Shown here: positions 14,282-23,796 of the stretch, one piece after another
Numbering within the stretch: position 1 is the stretch's first letter
Layout: each line of letters begins with the position of its first letter
Assembly: GCA_963823555.1 (NCBI GenBank)
Contig: CAWGMA010000001.1
Span: forward strand, 832,001-896,000
DNA length: 64,000 nt
Origin: Candidatus Eiseniibacteriota bacterium
GTDB lineage: Bacteria > Eisenbacteria > RBG-16-71-46 > CAVPCR01
Direction: 5' to 3'
Notes under the pieces: generated by a model
Databases searched by the model: none
What the model was told of the DNA's origin: nothing
What the model saw: only the letters and a program-made list of their open reading frames with translations
Program-made: the position numbers and the translations under genes

Positions 14282-16306
14282 CTACTTGACCAGGACCATG
14301 CGATCGGTGAGCACCTGACCGCCGGCTGACAAGCGATAGATGTAGACGCCAGAGCCCACCAGGTGACCGCGGTCATCTCGTCCATCCCATTCCACGGTGT
14401 GCTCGCTGGCTCCGAGCATGGCGTCGACGAGCGTGCGCACCGTGCGGCCGCTGGGGTCATGGATGGTGAGCTGGACCGGGCCGGTCGCAGGCAGGGTGAA
14501 GCCGATGGTGGTCGAGGGATTGAAGGGGTTCGGCCGCGCGGCGTGGAGCGCGAGCCGCGTCGGCGGGGCGCCGAGCGCCGTGACCGGAGCCAGGTTGAAT
14601 GTCTGGCTGCCGCCGAAGCGATCGACCGCCTCGATCCGGTAGATATAGGTCTCGCCCGGTGTCGCCGTCCGATCGACGAACTCGTAGTCGGCGGTGTCCC
14701 CGGTGCTCGGGATCATCGCGTCATTGAGGCGCGCCGGGTGTTCGCCCTCGACCGTGCGATGGATGTGGAACCCGAGGTTGTCCATCTCGCTGGTCGTACG
14801 CCAGCTGATGACCACCGCGCCGGGCTGCGCAATCGCCTCGGCCGAGGCCATCTCGACCGCAGTGGGGGCGCAGTCCTCGGGGACGAGACGGTGCACGACA
14901 CCGCCGGTTCCGAAGGGTGCCAGTTCGCTCGACCCGCAGACGTAGATCTCGCCCGCCTCGTCCTCGCCGAATCCCTTGAGGAAGAGTCCGTAGGGTACGT
15001 TGCCGGCGCCGATCCGGAATTCCCGGATCTCGTAGCTCCCGGGCTGTAGCGCGACGAGGTAGTAGAGGCGGCCCGAAGGCGTGGTGAACTGGGCTGCGAA
15101 GTCGCCGAAGACGTACTTGCCGCGGAGGGCCGAAGAGCACGAGCCGCGGTAGACGAAGCCCCCGGTGATGCTGATGCCCCCGACCTCATGGCTGTATTCG
15201 ACGATCGGGTCGAGGAGCGGCTCGCCCAGGGGGCCGGTGGTGGCGCAGGTCGCCGGCGGGACGGTGGGGTTGAGGGGGTCGAAGCAATGGAGCCCCTCCC
15301 GGATCACCCAGCCGTAGTTGCCCCCGCGCTCGACGATGTTGACCTCCTCGAAGAGGGCCTGGCCGACATCGGCGACGAAGAGGTCGCCGGTGCCGCCCGG
15401 CCCGTCGTCGAACGAGAACTTGTAGGGATTGCGCAAGCCATAGGCATAGATCTCGTCGAGGCCGGGAACGCCGACGAAGGGATTGTCGGCCGGGATCCGG
15501 TACTCGAGCCCGGGATCCTGTCCATCGACATCGATGCGCAGCATGGCGCCGAGGGCAGTCTCGATGTTCTGGCCATTGCCAATGGGGCCGTGGGACGGCG
15601 GATCGTCTGCCAGTCCGTCACCGGCGCCGCCGCCGTCGCCGAGCGTGAAGTAGAGGAAACCATCGGGGCCGAAGGCCAGCTGACCCGCGTTGTGGTTGAA
15701 TTGAGGTTCATCCACTCGGAACAGGATTCGCTCCGAGCTGGGATCCGCGATGTTGGGGTCGGTGGTCGAGACCGCATACTCGGCCAGGATCTCCTCGTGG
15801 CAGCCACGCGAGGTGCCCACACAGGGCTCGCCTGGACTTCCTTCCCGCGGTGAGCTGTGGCGGACGAAGAAGCGCCCGTTGGTGGCGTAGTCCGGGTGGA
15901 AGGCGAGGCCCAGGAGCCCCCGCTCGTCGAAGAACGTGTTGAGCATCGGGAGCCTGTCTCCGATATCCAGGAACGGCGTGGGCAATAACACGCCCTGGTC
16001 GACGATCCAGACCTTCCCGGATTGCTCCCAGATGAAGAGGCGACCTGATCCATCTCCGGCGTGGGTCACGCCCAGCGGCGCCGTGAGTCCGTCGGCGACG
16101 GTCTCGAGGGCGACCGTGATGTCCCCCTGGGGGATCTGGGCCAGGCCGGCGGTGGCCAGGGACAGGCATAGCAGCGAGCCGAGCACGACGGGCAAGGCGA
16201 TGCGCGCGGCGCGCCGGCGATGCGGATGATCTTCCCCGTTTGATTTCGGGCGCGGAATGCGGTCGAGGACGAGGGCCTGCTTCCGGGACATTGAGCTCTT
16301 CACCAT
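14282..16306 (-). CDS. PQQ-dependent glucose/sorbosone dehydrogenase family protein with an Ig-like and a FlgD-Ig C-terminal domain
   Basis: ERGLLGLAFHP, NHNAGQLAFGPDGFLYFTLGDGG, YAYGLRNP, DVGQ..FEEVN..GGNYGW, SITGGFVYRG; C-terminal PNPFNP..WDGRD..SGVYIYRL. Start position uncertain. Confidence 0.9.
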   Translation of the reverse strand: MVKSSMSRKQALVLDRIPRPKSNGEDHPHRRRAARIALPVVLGSLLCLSLATAGLAQIPQGDITVALETVADGLTAPLGVTHAGDGSGRLFIWEQSGKVWIVDQGVLLPTPFLDIGDRLPMLNTFFDERGLLGLAFHPDYATNGRFFVRHSSPREGSPGEPCVGTSRGCHEEILAEYAVSTTDPNIADPSSERILFRVDEPQFNHNAGQLAFGPDGFLYFTLGDGGGAGDGLADDPPSHGPIGNGQNIETALGAMLRIDVDGQDPGLEYRIPADNPFVGVPGLDEIYAYGLRNPYKFSFDDGPGGTGDLFVADVGQALFEEVNIVERGGNYGWVIREGLHCFDPLNPTVPPATCATTGPLGEPLLDPIVEYSHEVGGISITGGFVYRGSCSSALRGKYVFGDFAAQFTTPSGRLYYLVALQPGSYEIREFRIGAGNVPYGLFLKGFGEDEAGEIYVCGSSELAPFGTGGVVHRLVPEDCAPTAVEMASAEAIAQPGAVVISWRTTSEMDNLGFHIHRTVEGEHPARLNDAMIPSTGDTADYEFVDRTATPGETYIYRIEAVDRFGGSQTFNLAPVTALGAPPTRLALHAARPNPFNPSTTIGFTLPATGPVQLTIHDPSGRTVRTLVDAMLGASEHTVEWDGRDDRGHLVGSGVYIYRLSAGGQVLTDRMVLVK

Positions 16307-16541
16307 GATGGCCTCCGCAGTGGTTCTGCACGCTCCGTGCAGACAGTGATGGGCCGCGATCCCGGTTCTTCCGGTGGGTTACGGCTGACGCCGGGTCCGC
16401 GCCTCACCTGGATTTCGGGGGGCAAGGAGCACGCGGGACAAGGCTCCTGGATCACCGACGGCGCCGGGCGGGAGCTGATACACGCCGGGAACGGGTGGCA
16501 GCCATAGCCTGAGGGCTGGATCTTGACCGGGGCGCGGAGGT

Positions 16542-16570
16542 TTGACGGATCCCGACGCGAAGCGTAGACT
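16542..16570 (+). promoter_or_regulatory. Putative sigma70 promoter for the carboxypeptidase gene
   Basis: TTGACG-N17-TAGACT. Confidence 0.5.
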
Positions 16571-16685
16571 AATTTCGGTCCCCGCCGTCACTTGCCGTGC
16601 CGAGCGGTCCGCACTCGGGCGCCCCGGGGCGGCTTCACCCGCCGGGCCTGCGCCTCTTCACCGTTTGCCAGAAGGAGACTCTCTG

Positions 16686-18614
16686 ATGCGGCGATTCCTC
16701 GATCTCAGCCGCCACGCTGCTGGTCGTCTCGGGCCATTCCTCGTGGTCGGCATCCTGCTCATGGCGGCTGTGATCCCCGCCCAGGCGGCGACCCGGCTCG
16801 TGAGCGTTCCTGCGGATGCCCCGGGCCTCACTGAACTCGGCCTCGAGCTCGATCACGTCACGCGTGAAGGTAGCCGCGTGATGCTCGTGGCGGGCGACTG
16901 GGACCTGGCCCAGCTCGCGGCGGCGGGGATCGACTACGAGGTCGTGATCGCCGACATGGAGGCGTACTACGCCGATCGGCTCCTCGCCGAGCGTTCGCTG
17001 TGGCAGGGAGCGAGCCCCGCGGACACGCCGGGATTCGGTCTCGGCTCGATGGGCGGTTACTACACCTGGAACGAGGTGATCGGAAAGCTCGACGAGATGC
17101 GGACGGACTATCCGACGCTCGTTACCACCAAGCAGAGCCTCGGGATCTCGCATGAGGGTCGCGACGTGTGGATGGTGAAGATATCCGACAACGCCGACCA
17201 GAGTGAAGGAGAGCCGGCGGTTCTCTACACGGCACTCACTCATGCCCGTGAGCCCGAGGGGATGATGCTCCTCGTCTACTACATGTTCCATCTCCTCGAG
17301 AACTACGGGACCGATCCCGAGGCCACGTACCTGGTCAACGAGCGGGAGATGTACTTCGTGCCGGTCATGAATCCCGACGGGTACGTTTACAACCAGACGA
17401 CCGATCCCTCCGGCGGCGGCATGTGGCGGAAGAACCGGCGCGACAACGGCGGTGGCATCTACGGGGTCGATCTGAATCGCAACTACAGCTTCTACTGGGG
17501 CTACGACAACCAGGGCTCGAGCCCCACCCCGAGCTCGAGCACCTACCGTGGGCCGGCGCCGTTCTCCGAGCCCGAGACGTCGGCGATCCGGAACTTCCAC
17601 CAGGGGCCGACGATCACGACTGCCTTTCACTATCACACCTACGGCAACTACGAGATCCATCCCTTCGGTATCGCGCCGACCGCGTTCCCGCCGGAGCCCG
17701 ACTACAGCCTGTATCTCTTCTACGGCAGCGAGATCTCGGCGATGAACGGTTATCTCGTCGGCAACTCGTGGGGCACGGTCCACTACGCGGTGAACGGCGA
17801 CGCCGTCGACTGGAGCTACGGCGAACAGACCGAGAAGAACAAGGTCTTCGCCTTCATCCCCGAGGTGGGAAGCCAGAGCGACGGGTTCTGGCCGCCGTCT
17901 TCGCGCATCGTGCCGCTCGCCGAGGAGAACCGCGGCCCGAATCTCTACTGGGCCTGGATCGCCGGAGCGCGCGGGGTGCTGACCGGGGCCATGGCGGGAC
18001 CGGAGGTGCCGGCCGGAGCCACGTCACCGGTCGTCGTCGACGCCGGCAACTTCGGTCTCGGGTCGGCCGCCAGCGATCTCACGGTGGCTCTCGCGTCGGC
18101 CGACCCCTATGTGACGATCGCTGTGCCGGAGAAGCCGTTCCCGGTGCTCGGGCCGCTCGAAGTCGGCAACAATGCGAGCGACCCGCTCGAGTTCACGGTT
18201 GTCGCCGGGGCGCCGGGCGGCCATGTGATCCCGCTCCAGGTGACACTCAAGCAGGGTGGTGTCGTGCGCGGCCAGACCAACATCCAGGTGACGGTGCAGG
18301 CCTCGGCTGGTGTGGGCGAGAACGGAGCGCCTGGGATCGGCACGCTCGCGGTGCGTGCGACTCCGAACCCGATGGCCGGTGGCACCGAGGTCCGGCTCGC
18401 TCTGCCGGCTGCGGGACGCGTCGAGGTGGCGGTCGTCGATGTCGCGGGCCGCGTGCGCCGGACGCTGGCGGTGGGGGAGATGGCGGGGGGTGAGCACCGG
18501 ATCGCCTTCGATGGGCGCGACGACTCGGGCGCGGGGCTGGCGAGTGGGGTTTACCTGATCCAGGTGCGAGCCGGCGCGGCTCACGCCGAGACGCGGCTCG
18601 TCGTGCTCAGGTGA
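16686..18614 (+). CDS. M14 zinc carboxypeptidase (carboxypeptidase T-like) with C-terminal FlgD-Ig domain
   Basis: HARE zinc motif, PVMNPDG, WRKNR, GVDLNRNY, FSEPET, YHTY; AGGAG RBS; C-terminal PNP..FDGRDDSG..LASGVYL. Confidence 0.92.
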   Translation: MRRFLDLSRHAAGRLGPFLVVGILLMAAVIPAQAATRLVSVPADAPGLTELGLELDHVTREGSRVMLVAGDWDLAQLAAAGIDYEVVIADMEAYYADRLLAERSLWQGASPADTPGFGLGSMGGYYTWNEVIGKLDEMRTDYPTLVTTKQSLGISHEGRDVWMVKISDNADQSEGEPAVLYTALTHAREPEGMMLLVYYMFHLLENYGTDPEATYLVNEREMYFVPVMNPDGYVYNQTTDPSGGGMWRKNRRDNGGGIYGVDLNRNYSFYWGYDNQGSSPTPSSSTYRGPAPFSEPETSAIRNFHQGPTITTAFHYHTYGNYEIHPFGIAPTAFPPEPDYSLYLFYGSEISAMNGYLVGNSWGTVHYAVNGDAVDWSYGEQTEKNKVFAFIPEVGSQSDGFWPPSSRIVPLAEENRGPNLYWAWIAGARGVLTGAMAGPEVPAGATSPVVVDAGNFGLGSAASDLTVALASADPYVTIAVPEKPFPVLGPLEVGNNASDPLEFTVVAGAPGGHVIPLQVTLKQGGVVRGQTNIQVTVQASAGVGENGAPGIGTLAVRATPNPMAGGTEVRLALPAAGRVEVAVVDVAGRVRRTLAVGEMAGGEHRIAFDGRDDSGAGLASGVYLIQVRAGAAHAETRLVVLR

Positions 18615-18637
18615 GCGCTTGAAGTGAGAAGGGGACG

Positions 18638-18685
18638 CGAACCGCGGGGCGCAGCATGCTACTGCGCCCCGCAGTTCGTTTCTCA
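18638..18685 (+). terminator. Rho-independent terminator
   Basis: GCGGGGCGCAG / CTGCGCCCCGC stem extended by CGAAC/GTTCG, followed by a T-rich tail, just after the stop codon. Confidence 0.7.
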
Positions 18686-19099
18686 TTCTCGGGGACGAGC
18701 ATCACGAGTCCGCTCGGAAGCCTGGGGGTCTGGTCCGGAATACCCAGCCGCGACTCCCTGGCTCCATTGATGGGTCCCGCGCAACCCTGAGACGACTTCT
18801 CTCCAACTACGCGCGTCATCAGTGTCGCGGAGGTCATGTCAGCACGGGTTGCGAGCGCGGGGGCGCTGCTGAAGACACGGAGACGGCCAAAGTGCGTACG
18901 CGTATAGGTATTTGACGTACTCCAAGATCGCCTGTGCATGACCATCTCAGCAATTGGTTGGATGCATGCACAGCGCCAATACTCCTTGACTGCGGTCCAT
19001 CATCGCGCACAATAGGTGAGGGCTGGAGCTCCTCCAGCTGCCGGTGGAACCCCTCTCCTCATCTGGCAGCACAGGGATCACGGACATGGAGGTCGCACA

Positions 19100-19567
19100 A
19101 TGAATCGATTGCTCACGTGTCTCGCTGTCTCGCTCGTTGCTCTTCTGTTCATACCATCCATCACCTCGGCGAATTGCACCCAGGGCTTCTGGAAGAATCA
19201 CCCCTATCTGTGGTGTGCTCAGTCGCTGCAGCTCGGCGATGTTGTGTACAACCAGGACGAGCTGCTCAGTATCCTGTGGCTGGAAGTGGAGGGGAACGGC
19301 CTTGTCTCGCTTGCGCACCAGCTCATCGCGGCGAAGCTCAACGTTGCCTGTGGTGCCGACCCGATCGATTGCATTGCTGACGCCGATGCGCTCGTCGGAA
19401 TGCTGGTTGTGCCTCCGGTTGGAACTGGACATCTACCTCCTGAGGTCACATCGCCGCTCATCCAGTGTCTGACTGCCTTCAACGAATCGCCGGGCGGTAA
19501 CACGCTCTGCGATGTCATCCCGATCGACCCGACCAATTGGGGGTCCATCAAGGCGATGTACCGCTAG
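19100..19567 (+). CDS. Small secreted protein (TQGFWKNH-type domain) with C-terminal WGSIKAMYR tail
   Basis: GGAGG RBS; signal peptide; CTQGFWKNHP..LAHQLIAAKLNV motif; ends PIDPTNWGSIKAMYR. Confidence 0.75.
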   Translation: MNRLLTCLAVSLVALLFIPSITSANCTQGFWKNHPYLWCAQSLQLGDVVYNQDELLSILWLEVEGNGLVSLAHQLIAAKLNVACGADPIDCIADADALVGMLVVPPVGTGHLPPEVTSPLIQCLTAFNESPGGNTLCDVIPIDPTNWGSIKAMYR

Positions 19568-19594
19568 AGCGTCGTCCCTCAACTAGCTATCGTT

Positions 19595-19636
19595 CAGTGA
19601 CCCCGGGGGAGCGTTCCGCCGGGGTCGCTGTTTCTT
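19595..19636 (+). terminator. Rho-independent terminator
   Basis: CAGTGACCCCGG / CCGGGGTCGCTG stem followed by TTTCTT. Confidence 0.65.
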
Positions 19637-19818
19637 GTGAGTTGGCGGTTGCTGGGAGGGTGAGGTCCTCATCCGACTTCCTGGAGCCTGGAGAGCTGCG
19701 ACGAGTGAATGCCGCACCTTTCGGCTTGCGCCATCGTGTAATGTCAGAAGCTCCGGAATGAGCCCGCAATGAGTCATTAACAAAGAACAAGATCATCCGA
19801 AGGTGAGGAATCCCATCC

Positions 19819-20409
19819 ATGCACACCTGCTGGAATCGGCCGTCTGGTCCGCGTGCACTTCTCGTTGTGTTCCTTCTGGTCGCGGCGGGAGCCTTCTCCA
19901 CCGCCCACGCCGAGGCTGTCATCTATGAGGCGAGTCTCGACGGGCAGAGCCAGTCTCCACCCAACGCATCCCCCGGAATCGGGAACGGTCTGGTTGAACT
20001 CGACGCCGTGGCGCACACGATGCGCATGAGGGTCACCTTCAGCGGGCTGATGGGCACCACCACTGTCTGTCATATTCATGCGCCGACCGCGGTGCCCGGG
20101 ACAGGGACCGTGGGGGTGGCGACGCCGACCTTTCCCGGGTTCCCAGCCGGCGTTACGGCCGGGATCTATGACCATACATTCGACATGACCCTGCCGACCA
20201 GCTACAGCGCGAGCTTCCTGGCCGCCAACGGTGGGACCGCAGCCGGTGCGGAAGCTGCCCTGTTCCAGGCCATCGCTGATGGCAGGGCATACCTCAACAT
20301 CCACACGAGCGAATTTCCCGGGGGGGAAATCCGCGGCTTCTTCCAGCCCCTTAGCCCGACGCCCACGGACGAGACGACCTGGGGACGATTGAAGTCGCTC
20401 TATGATTGA
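19819..20409 (+). CDS. Secreted CHRD domain protein with C-terminal WGRLKSLYD tail
   Basis: Signal peptide; FSGL..TTVCHIH; GRAYLNIHTSEFPGGEIRGF (CHRD signature); ends TPTDETTWGRLKSLYD. Confidence 0.88.
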   Translation: MHTCWNRPSGPRALLVVFLLVAAGAFSTAHAEAVIYEASLDGQSQSPPNASPGIGNGLVELDAVAHTMRMRVTFSGLMGTTTVCHIHAPTAVPGTGTVGVATPTFPGFPAGVTAGIYDHTFDMTLPTSYSASFLAANGGTAAGAEAALFQAIADGRAYLNIHTSEFPGGEIRGFFQPLSPTPTDETTWGRLKSLYD

Positions 20410-20469
20410 TAGCGTTGAGGAAGCGGGCGCCTGGCGCGCCCGGATCACCTGAGGCCACTGGTCGCGCCA

Positions 20470-20688
20470 CGCGGGATCGACGTACGAGTGGAACAGGCGC
20501 CCGACCTTGCCGGTTTTCCGGCGCGTGATCTCTCTGTACCGGATCAGATTGCTAAAGATGAGCGCGCGGAGAAGGGGACGGGGTTGTGATGCCCCGACGA
20601 TCCAAGGACGCCGTGATGGCCACGGCCGACACGACGGCCCACGCTACGCATGCCACGGCCAGGAACATCAGTCCGTATGGATGCTCAT
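20470..20688 (-). pseudogene. Frameshifted small membrane protein gene (remnant or sequence error)
   Basis: ATG 20688 after a GGGAG..GGGG RBS; frames join as MSIHT/LMFLAVACVAWAVVSAVAITASLDRRGITTP/LLRALIFSNLIRYREITRRKTGKVGRLFHSYV. 3' end not defined. Confidence 0.4.
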
Positions 20689-20796
20689 TGCAGACCCCCT
20701 GCTCCCGTCACGGGATCTCTTGACCGGCACGTGGATGACGTCCCTACGGCGTCCTCATGCCGTCCTGGCGGGAGGCGGATCGCGCGTCCCCCGCGG

Positions 20797-22176
20797 CTAC
20801 TTGATGAGGGCGAGCGGCTCGGTCTCGGTGCCGGTGGGCGAGGTCACACGCAGGTAGTACACGCCGCTTGCGGTGGTCTGGCCGGCGTCGGTGTCGCCGT
20901 TCCATCTGAGGCGATGCTCGCCCGCGGACATTCGGCCGTGATGGAGTGATCGGACGAGGCGCCCGTGCACATCGTAGATCGCAACGCGTAGCGGGACGCT
21001 CGAGTCATTTGTGAGCAGCGAGATGGTGGTCGCCGGGTTGAAGGGATTCGGAAAGACGCCGCGCAGCACCTGGCGCTCGGACGCCGCGACGGGATCGAGC
21101 TGGAGGCCGGCCGTGCCCCGCACGCTCTCGAAGATGTAGAGCCCGGTCTCGACGTCGCTGGCGAGGATCCTTCCGGACGGCAGGAACGGATAGACCCCCC
21201 AGGTGCCACCGTAGGTGGCGGGCGGTGTTCCCGGAGTCGTGTCATAGAAGTAGGACTCCACCGGGTTCTGGGGATCCGAGATGTCGACGACGCGCACGCC
21301 CTCCCAGTAATAGGATATGTAGACGAGCCCCTCCTGGATGAACGCGTTGTGGATGATGCGCGCCTCGGCGCCGGTCGCCGTGTACTCGCCATCGGGAAGG
21401 ACAGCGCCCAGATCGGTGATATCCCAGATCCGCAGGTGCCCGCCTTGGGTTTCATCGGTCGTGACGGCGATGGTTGCGTCTTCGTTCGTCCAGACGTTGT
21501 GGCAGACGGCGTTCGGCCAGGTGACGATGGTCACGGTATCGATGCTGGCAGGGTTGGTCACGTCGAGGATATACAGACCCGACCCGTGGGGAGCGTCGTT
21601 GTAGATCTTGGCGCCGTAGAGGATGCCATCCTTGACATAGCCGTCGTGCAGGTAGCGGTCGCTATAGTCACCGATCTGAGTGGGCGCGAGCGGGTTGGAG
21701 ATGTCCAGGATGGGATTGTTGTTGCCGACCCCGAACAGGTAGGCGCGCTGGGTCGTCTCATCGATATAGAGGTTGTGGGCGGTGGTCCCCCACCGGGTGG
21801 CGTCGAACGCGGCGTAGGGGTTCGATACGTCGATCACCTGCATTCCTCCGGAAGCCTCGCTGACCGAGAACACGTAGTCGCCCAGATGCTTCATGTCCCG
21901 CCAGTTCGACTGCGGGCCGGGGACGAAGGAGGCGACGACCGGAACGGCCGGGTTGGTGACATCGATGATGTAGACCCCGAGCGAGGAGCCGAGGACCGCG
22001 AATTCGCTGCCGTTGGCCGCGAACCCCCAGACATCGCTGTAGCTCCAGTTGAAGGGAGGGTAGTTGCAGTCACACGGATCGAGGGTGCCGAGGAGGTTGA
22101 GCTCCTGGGAGCCGACTGCGGTCGAGGTCACGATCAAGAGAGCGAGCAACGCGCTGCAGGCCGAGAGTCGAATCAT
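20797..22176 (-). CDS. LVIVD-repeat (choice-of-anchor B-like) secreted protein with FlgD-Ig domain
   Basis: YSDVWG, repeated IIDVTNP/VIDVSNP/ILDISNP, HNVW, HNAF, SYYWEG, WGVYPFLPSG; C-terminal FPNPFNP..WNGDTD..SGVYYL. Confidence 0.85.
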   Translation of the reverse strand: MIRLSACSALLALLIVTSTAVGSQELNLLGTLDPCDCNYPPFNWSYSDVWGFAANGSEFAVLGSSLGVYIIDVTNPAVPVVASFVPGPQSNWRDMKHLGDYVFSVSEASGGMQVIDVSNPYAAFDATRWGTTAHNLYIDETTQRAYLFGVGNNNPILDISNPLAPTQIGDYSDRYLHDGYVKDGILYGAKIYNDAPHGSGLYILDVTNPASIDTVTIVTWPNAVCHNVWTNEDATIAVTTDETQGGHLRIWDITDLGAVLPDGEYTATGAEARIIHNAFIQEGLVYISYYWEGVRVVDISDPQNPVESYFYDTTPGTPPATYGGTWGVYPFLPSGRILASDVETGLYIFESVRGTAGLQLDPVAASERQVLRGVFPNPFNPATTISLLTNDSSVPLRVAIYDVHGRLVRSLHHGRMSAGEHRLRWNGDTDAGQTTASGVYYLRVTSPTGTETEPLALIK

Positions 22177-22227
22177 GTTGTCTTCCCTTCGCACAACGGC
22201 AAACCAGGCTGGTCAGAGGCCGGAAGG

Positions 22228-23709
22228 CTAACGCGCCACGACGAGGACACGACTCTCGGTGCGACCGGAGGTGCGGAGTCGTACGAAGTACACTCCATTG
22301 GATACGCGGGCGCCCGACGCATCCTGCAAATCCCAGGTGATCGATCCGCCGCGGATCCCGGCGCCGGAGTCGGCACCGCCGGCGCGAAGCGTGCGCACCA
22401 GCCGTCCCGCCACATCGTAGACCTCGACCCGCGCATCCGTGGTGAGCGGCCGCCCAAGAGCCAGGCGGACCGCGGTCGCCGCGGGATTCGGAGTCGGTCG
22501 GCCGAGGGCTGGCGAGCCGGGGGCCGCGGCGTCACCGCCGGCGGCGTCGCCGATCGCGGCTGCCGCGCAGGTGTCGTACGACGCGCCCATGAGCTGGTTG
22601 CAGGCGTTGTTCTGGGGGCGGGCAGGGGAGAGAGCGGTGAGATTGTAGCCATCCGAGAAGGGTGGGGCGCCCGCGCACTCCTCGGGATCACAGAACAGCG
22701 GATCCTCGAACACGCATGCCGAGTTGTAGTCCGGAATGCCGGTGCCGGCGACACTCGCCGGATCGACGAGGCTGCAGAGGAAGGCCGTGGTCACCATCGA
22801 TCCATCGAGCGTGACATCCGGTACCCCGCAGGTGCCGTTGCCCCAGACGATGCAGCGATCGAGGACCACATCGGCCTGGCCGGCGCAGCTGACGGCGATG
22901 CCCCCGCCGCTCGCGCTGGCGAAGTTCCCGGCGATCGTCGAGCTCGTGAGATAGACGCTGAAGAAGGGACAATCGGCGAAGAGCCCGGCTCCGATCCCCG
23001 CCGAGTTGCCGATGATCGTGCAGCGGTTGACGGCTCCGTCGGGGGTGGCGACCCCGCCGCCCCTGCCCTCCGTCCCGCCGAAGTCGCTCGCCCAGTTGCC
23101 GCGGATCGTGCACTGAAAGAGCGTGGCGTTGTCGACGAACACGCCCCCGCCGAGCCCGGGAACGCCGCCTCCGGAGCCGTTGCCGTCGAACAAGCAGTAC
23201 TGGACCGAGCCTCCGGCCGTGTACATCCCACCGCCGCGTCCATCCGCAGCGATGTTGGCGGTGAAGACGCAGCTCTGCACGAGCGGCGAGCACCCCGCCG
23301 CGATGAGCATTCCGGCGCCGTCCGGCGAGATGTTCGCCGCCGTGGGCCTGAAGTTCTGGATCGTGAAGCCCTCGATGAGTGTCGTCAGCCCCTCGTTGTT
23401 GTGGAGGTGGATGCCGCGCGCATCGGTGAGCTCCCCGTCGATGATCGTGGCCTCGGCCCCCGCTTCGGAGACGAGGCGGATCGCCTTGCCGCCAAAGTCG
23501 ATGTTGCGGTTTCCGGGCCCCGTGTAGAGGCCGGGTGCGACGAGGACCGAGTCGCCCGGTGAGGCGGCGTCAACACCGGCCTGGATCGTGGGCGCGGCGG
23601 AGGGAACGCGGATGGTGGCCGCGGCGGACGGTCCCGGCCCGAAGGCGAGCAGGGAACTGGCCACGATGACCGCGAGAAGACCAGGAATCGGCAGGTGGGG
23701 GATGGGCAT
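22228..23709 (-). CDS. Secreted right-handed beta-helix repeat protein with FlgD-Ig domain
   Basis: TIRVP..PTIQAGVDAA..GDSVLVAPGLYTGPGNRNIDFGGK; repeated FxxN/GGG motifs; DPLFC; C-terminal PNP..WDLQD..GVYFVRL. Confidence 0.85.
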   Translation of the reverse strand: MPIPHLPIPGLLAVIVASSLLAFGPGPSAAATIRVPSAAPTIQAGVDAASPGDSVLVAPGLYTGPGNRNIDFGGKAIRLVSEAGAEATIIDGELTDARGIHLHNNEGLTTLIEGFTIQNFRPTAANISPDGAGMLIAAGCSPLVQSCVFTANIAADGRGGGMYTAGGSVQYCLFDGNGSGGGVPGLGGGVFVDNATLFQCTIRGNWASDFGGTEGRGGGVATPDGAVNRCTIIGNSAGIGAGLFADCPFFSVYLTSSTIAGNFASASGGGIAVSCAGQADVVLDRCIVWGNGTCGVPDVTLDGSMVTTAFLCSLVDPASVAGTGIPDYNSACVFEDPLFCDPEECAGAPPFSDGYNLTALSPARPQNNACNQLMGASYDTCAAAAIGDAAGGDAAAPGSPALGRPTPNPAATAVRLALGRPLTTDARVEVYDVAGRLVRTLRAGGADSGAGIRGGSITWDLQDASGARVSNGVYFVRLRTSGRTESRVLVVAR

Positions 23710-23796
23710 GCAACTACCTCCGGGACGGGAAGTCGAGCCCCAGGCTGGCTCCTTACCGGATCATTCTAGAAGATCGAACCGGGACATGCCAACCCA

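Noticed and set aside
18607..18945. 112-aa minus-strand ORF in the low-GC spacer
   Set aside because: No motif, no codon bias, and it runs through a terminator.
21349..23562. 737-aa plus-strand ORF
   Set aside because: Antisense to two well-supported genes; a typical stop-poor shadow frame of high-GC DNA with no motifs.
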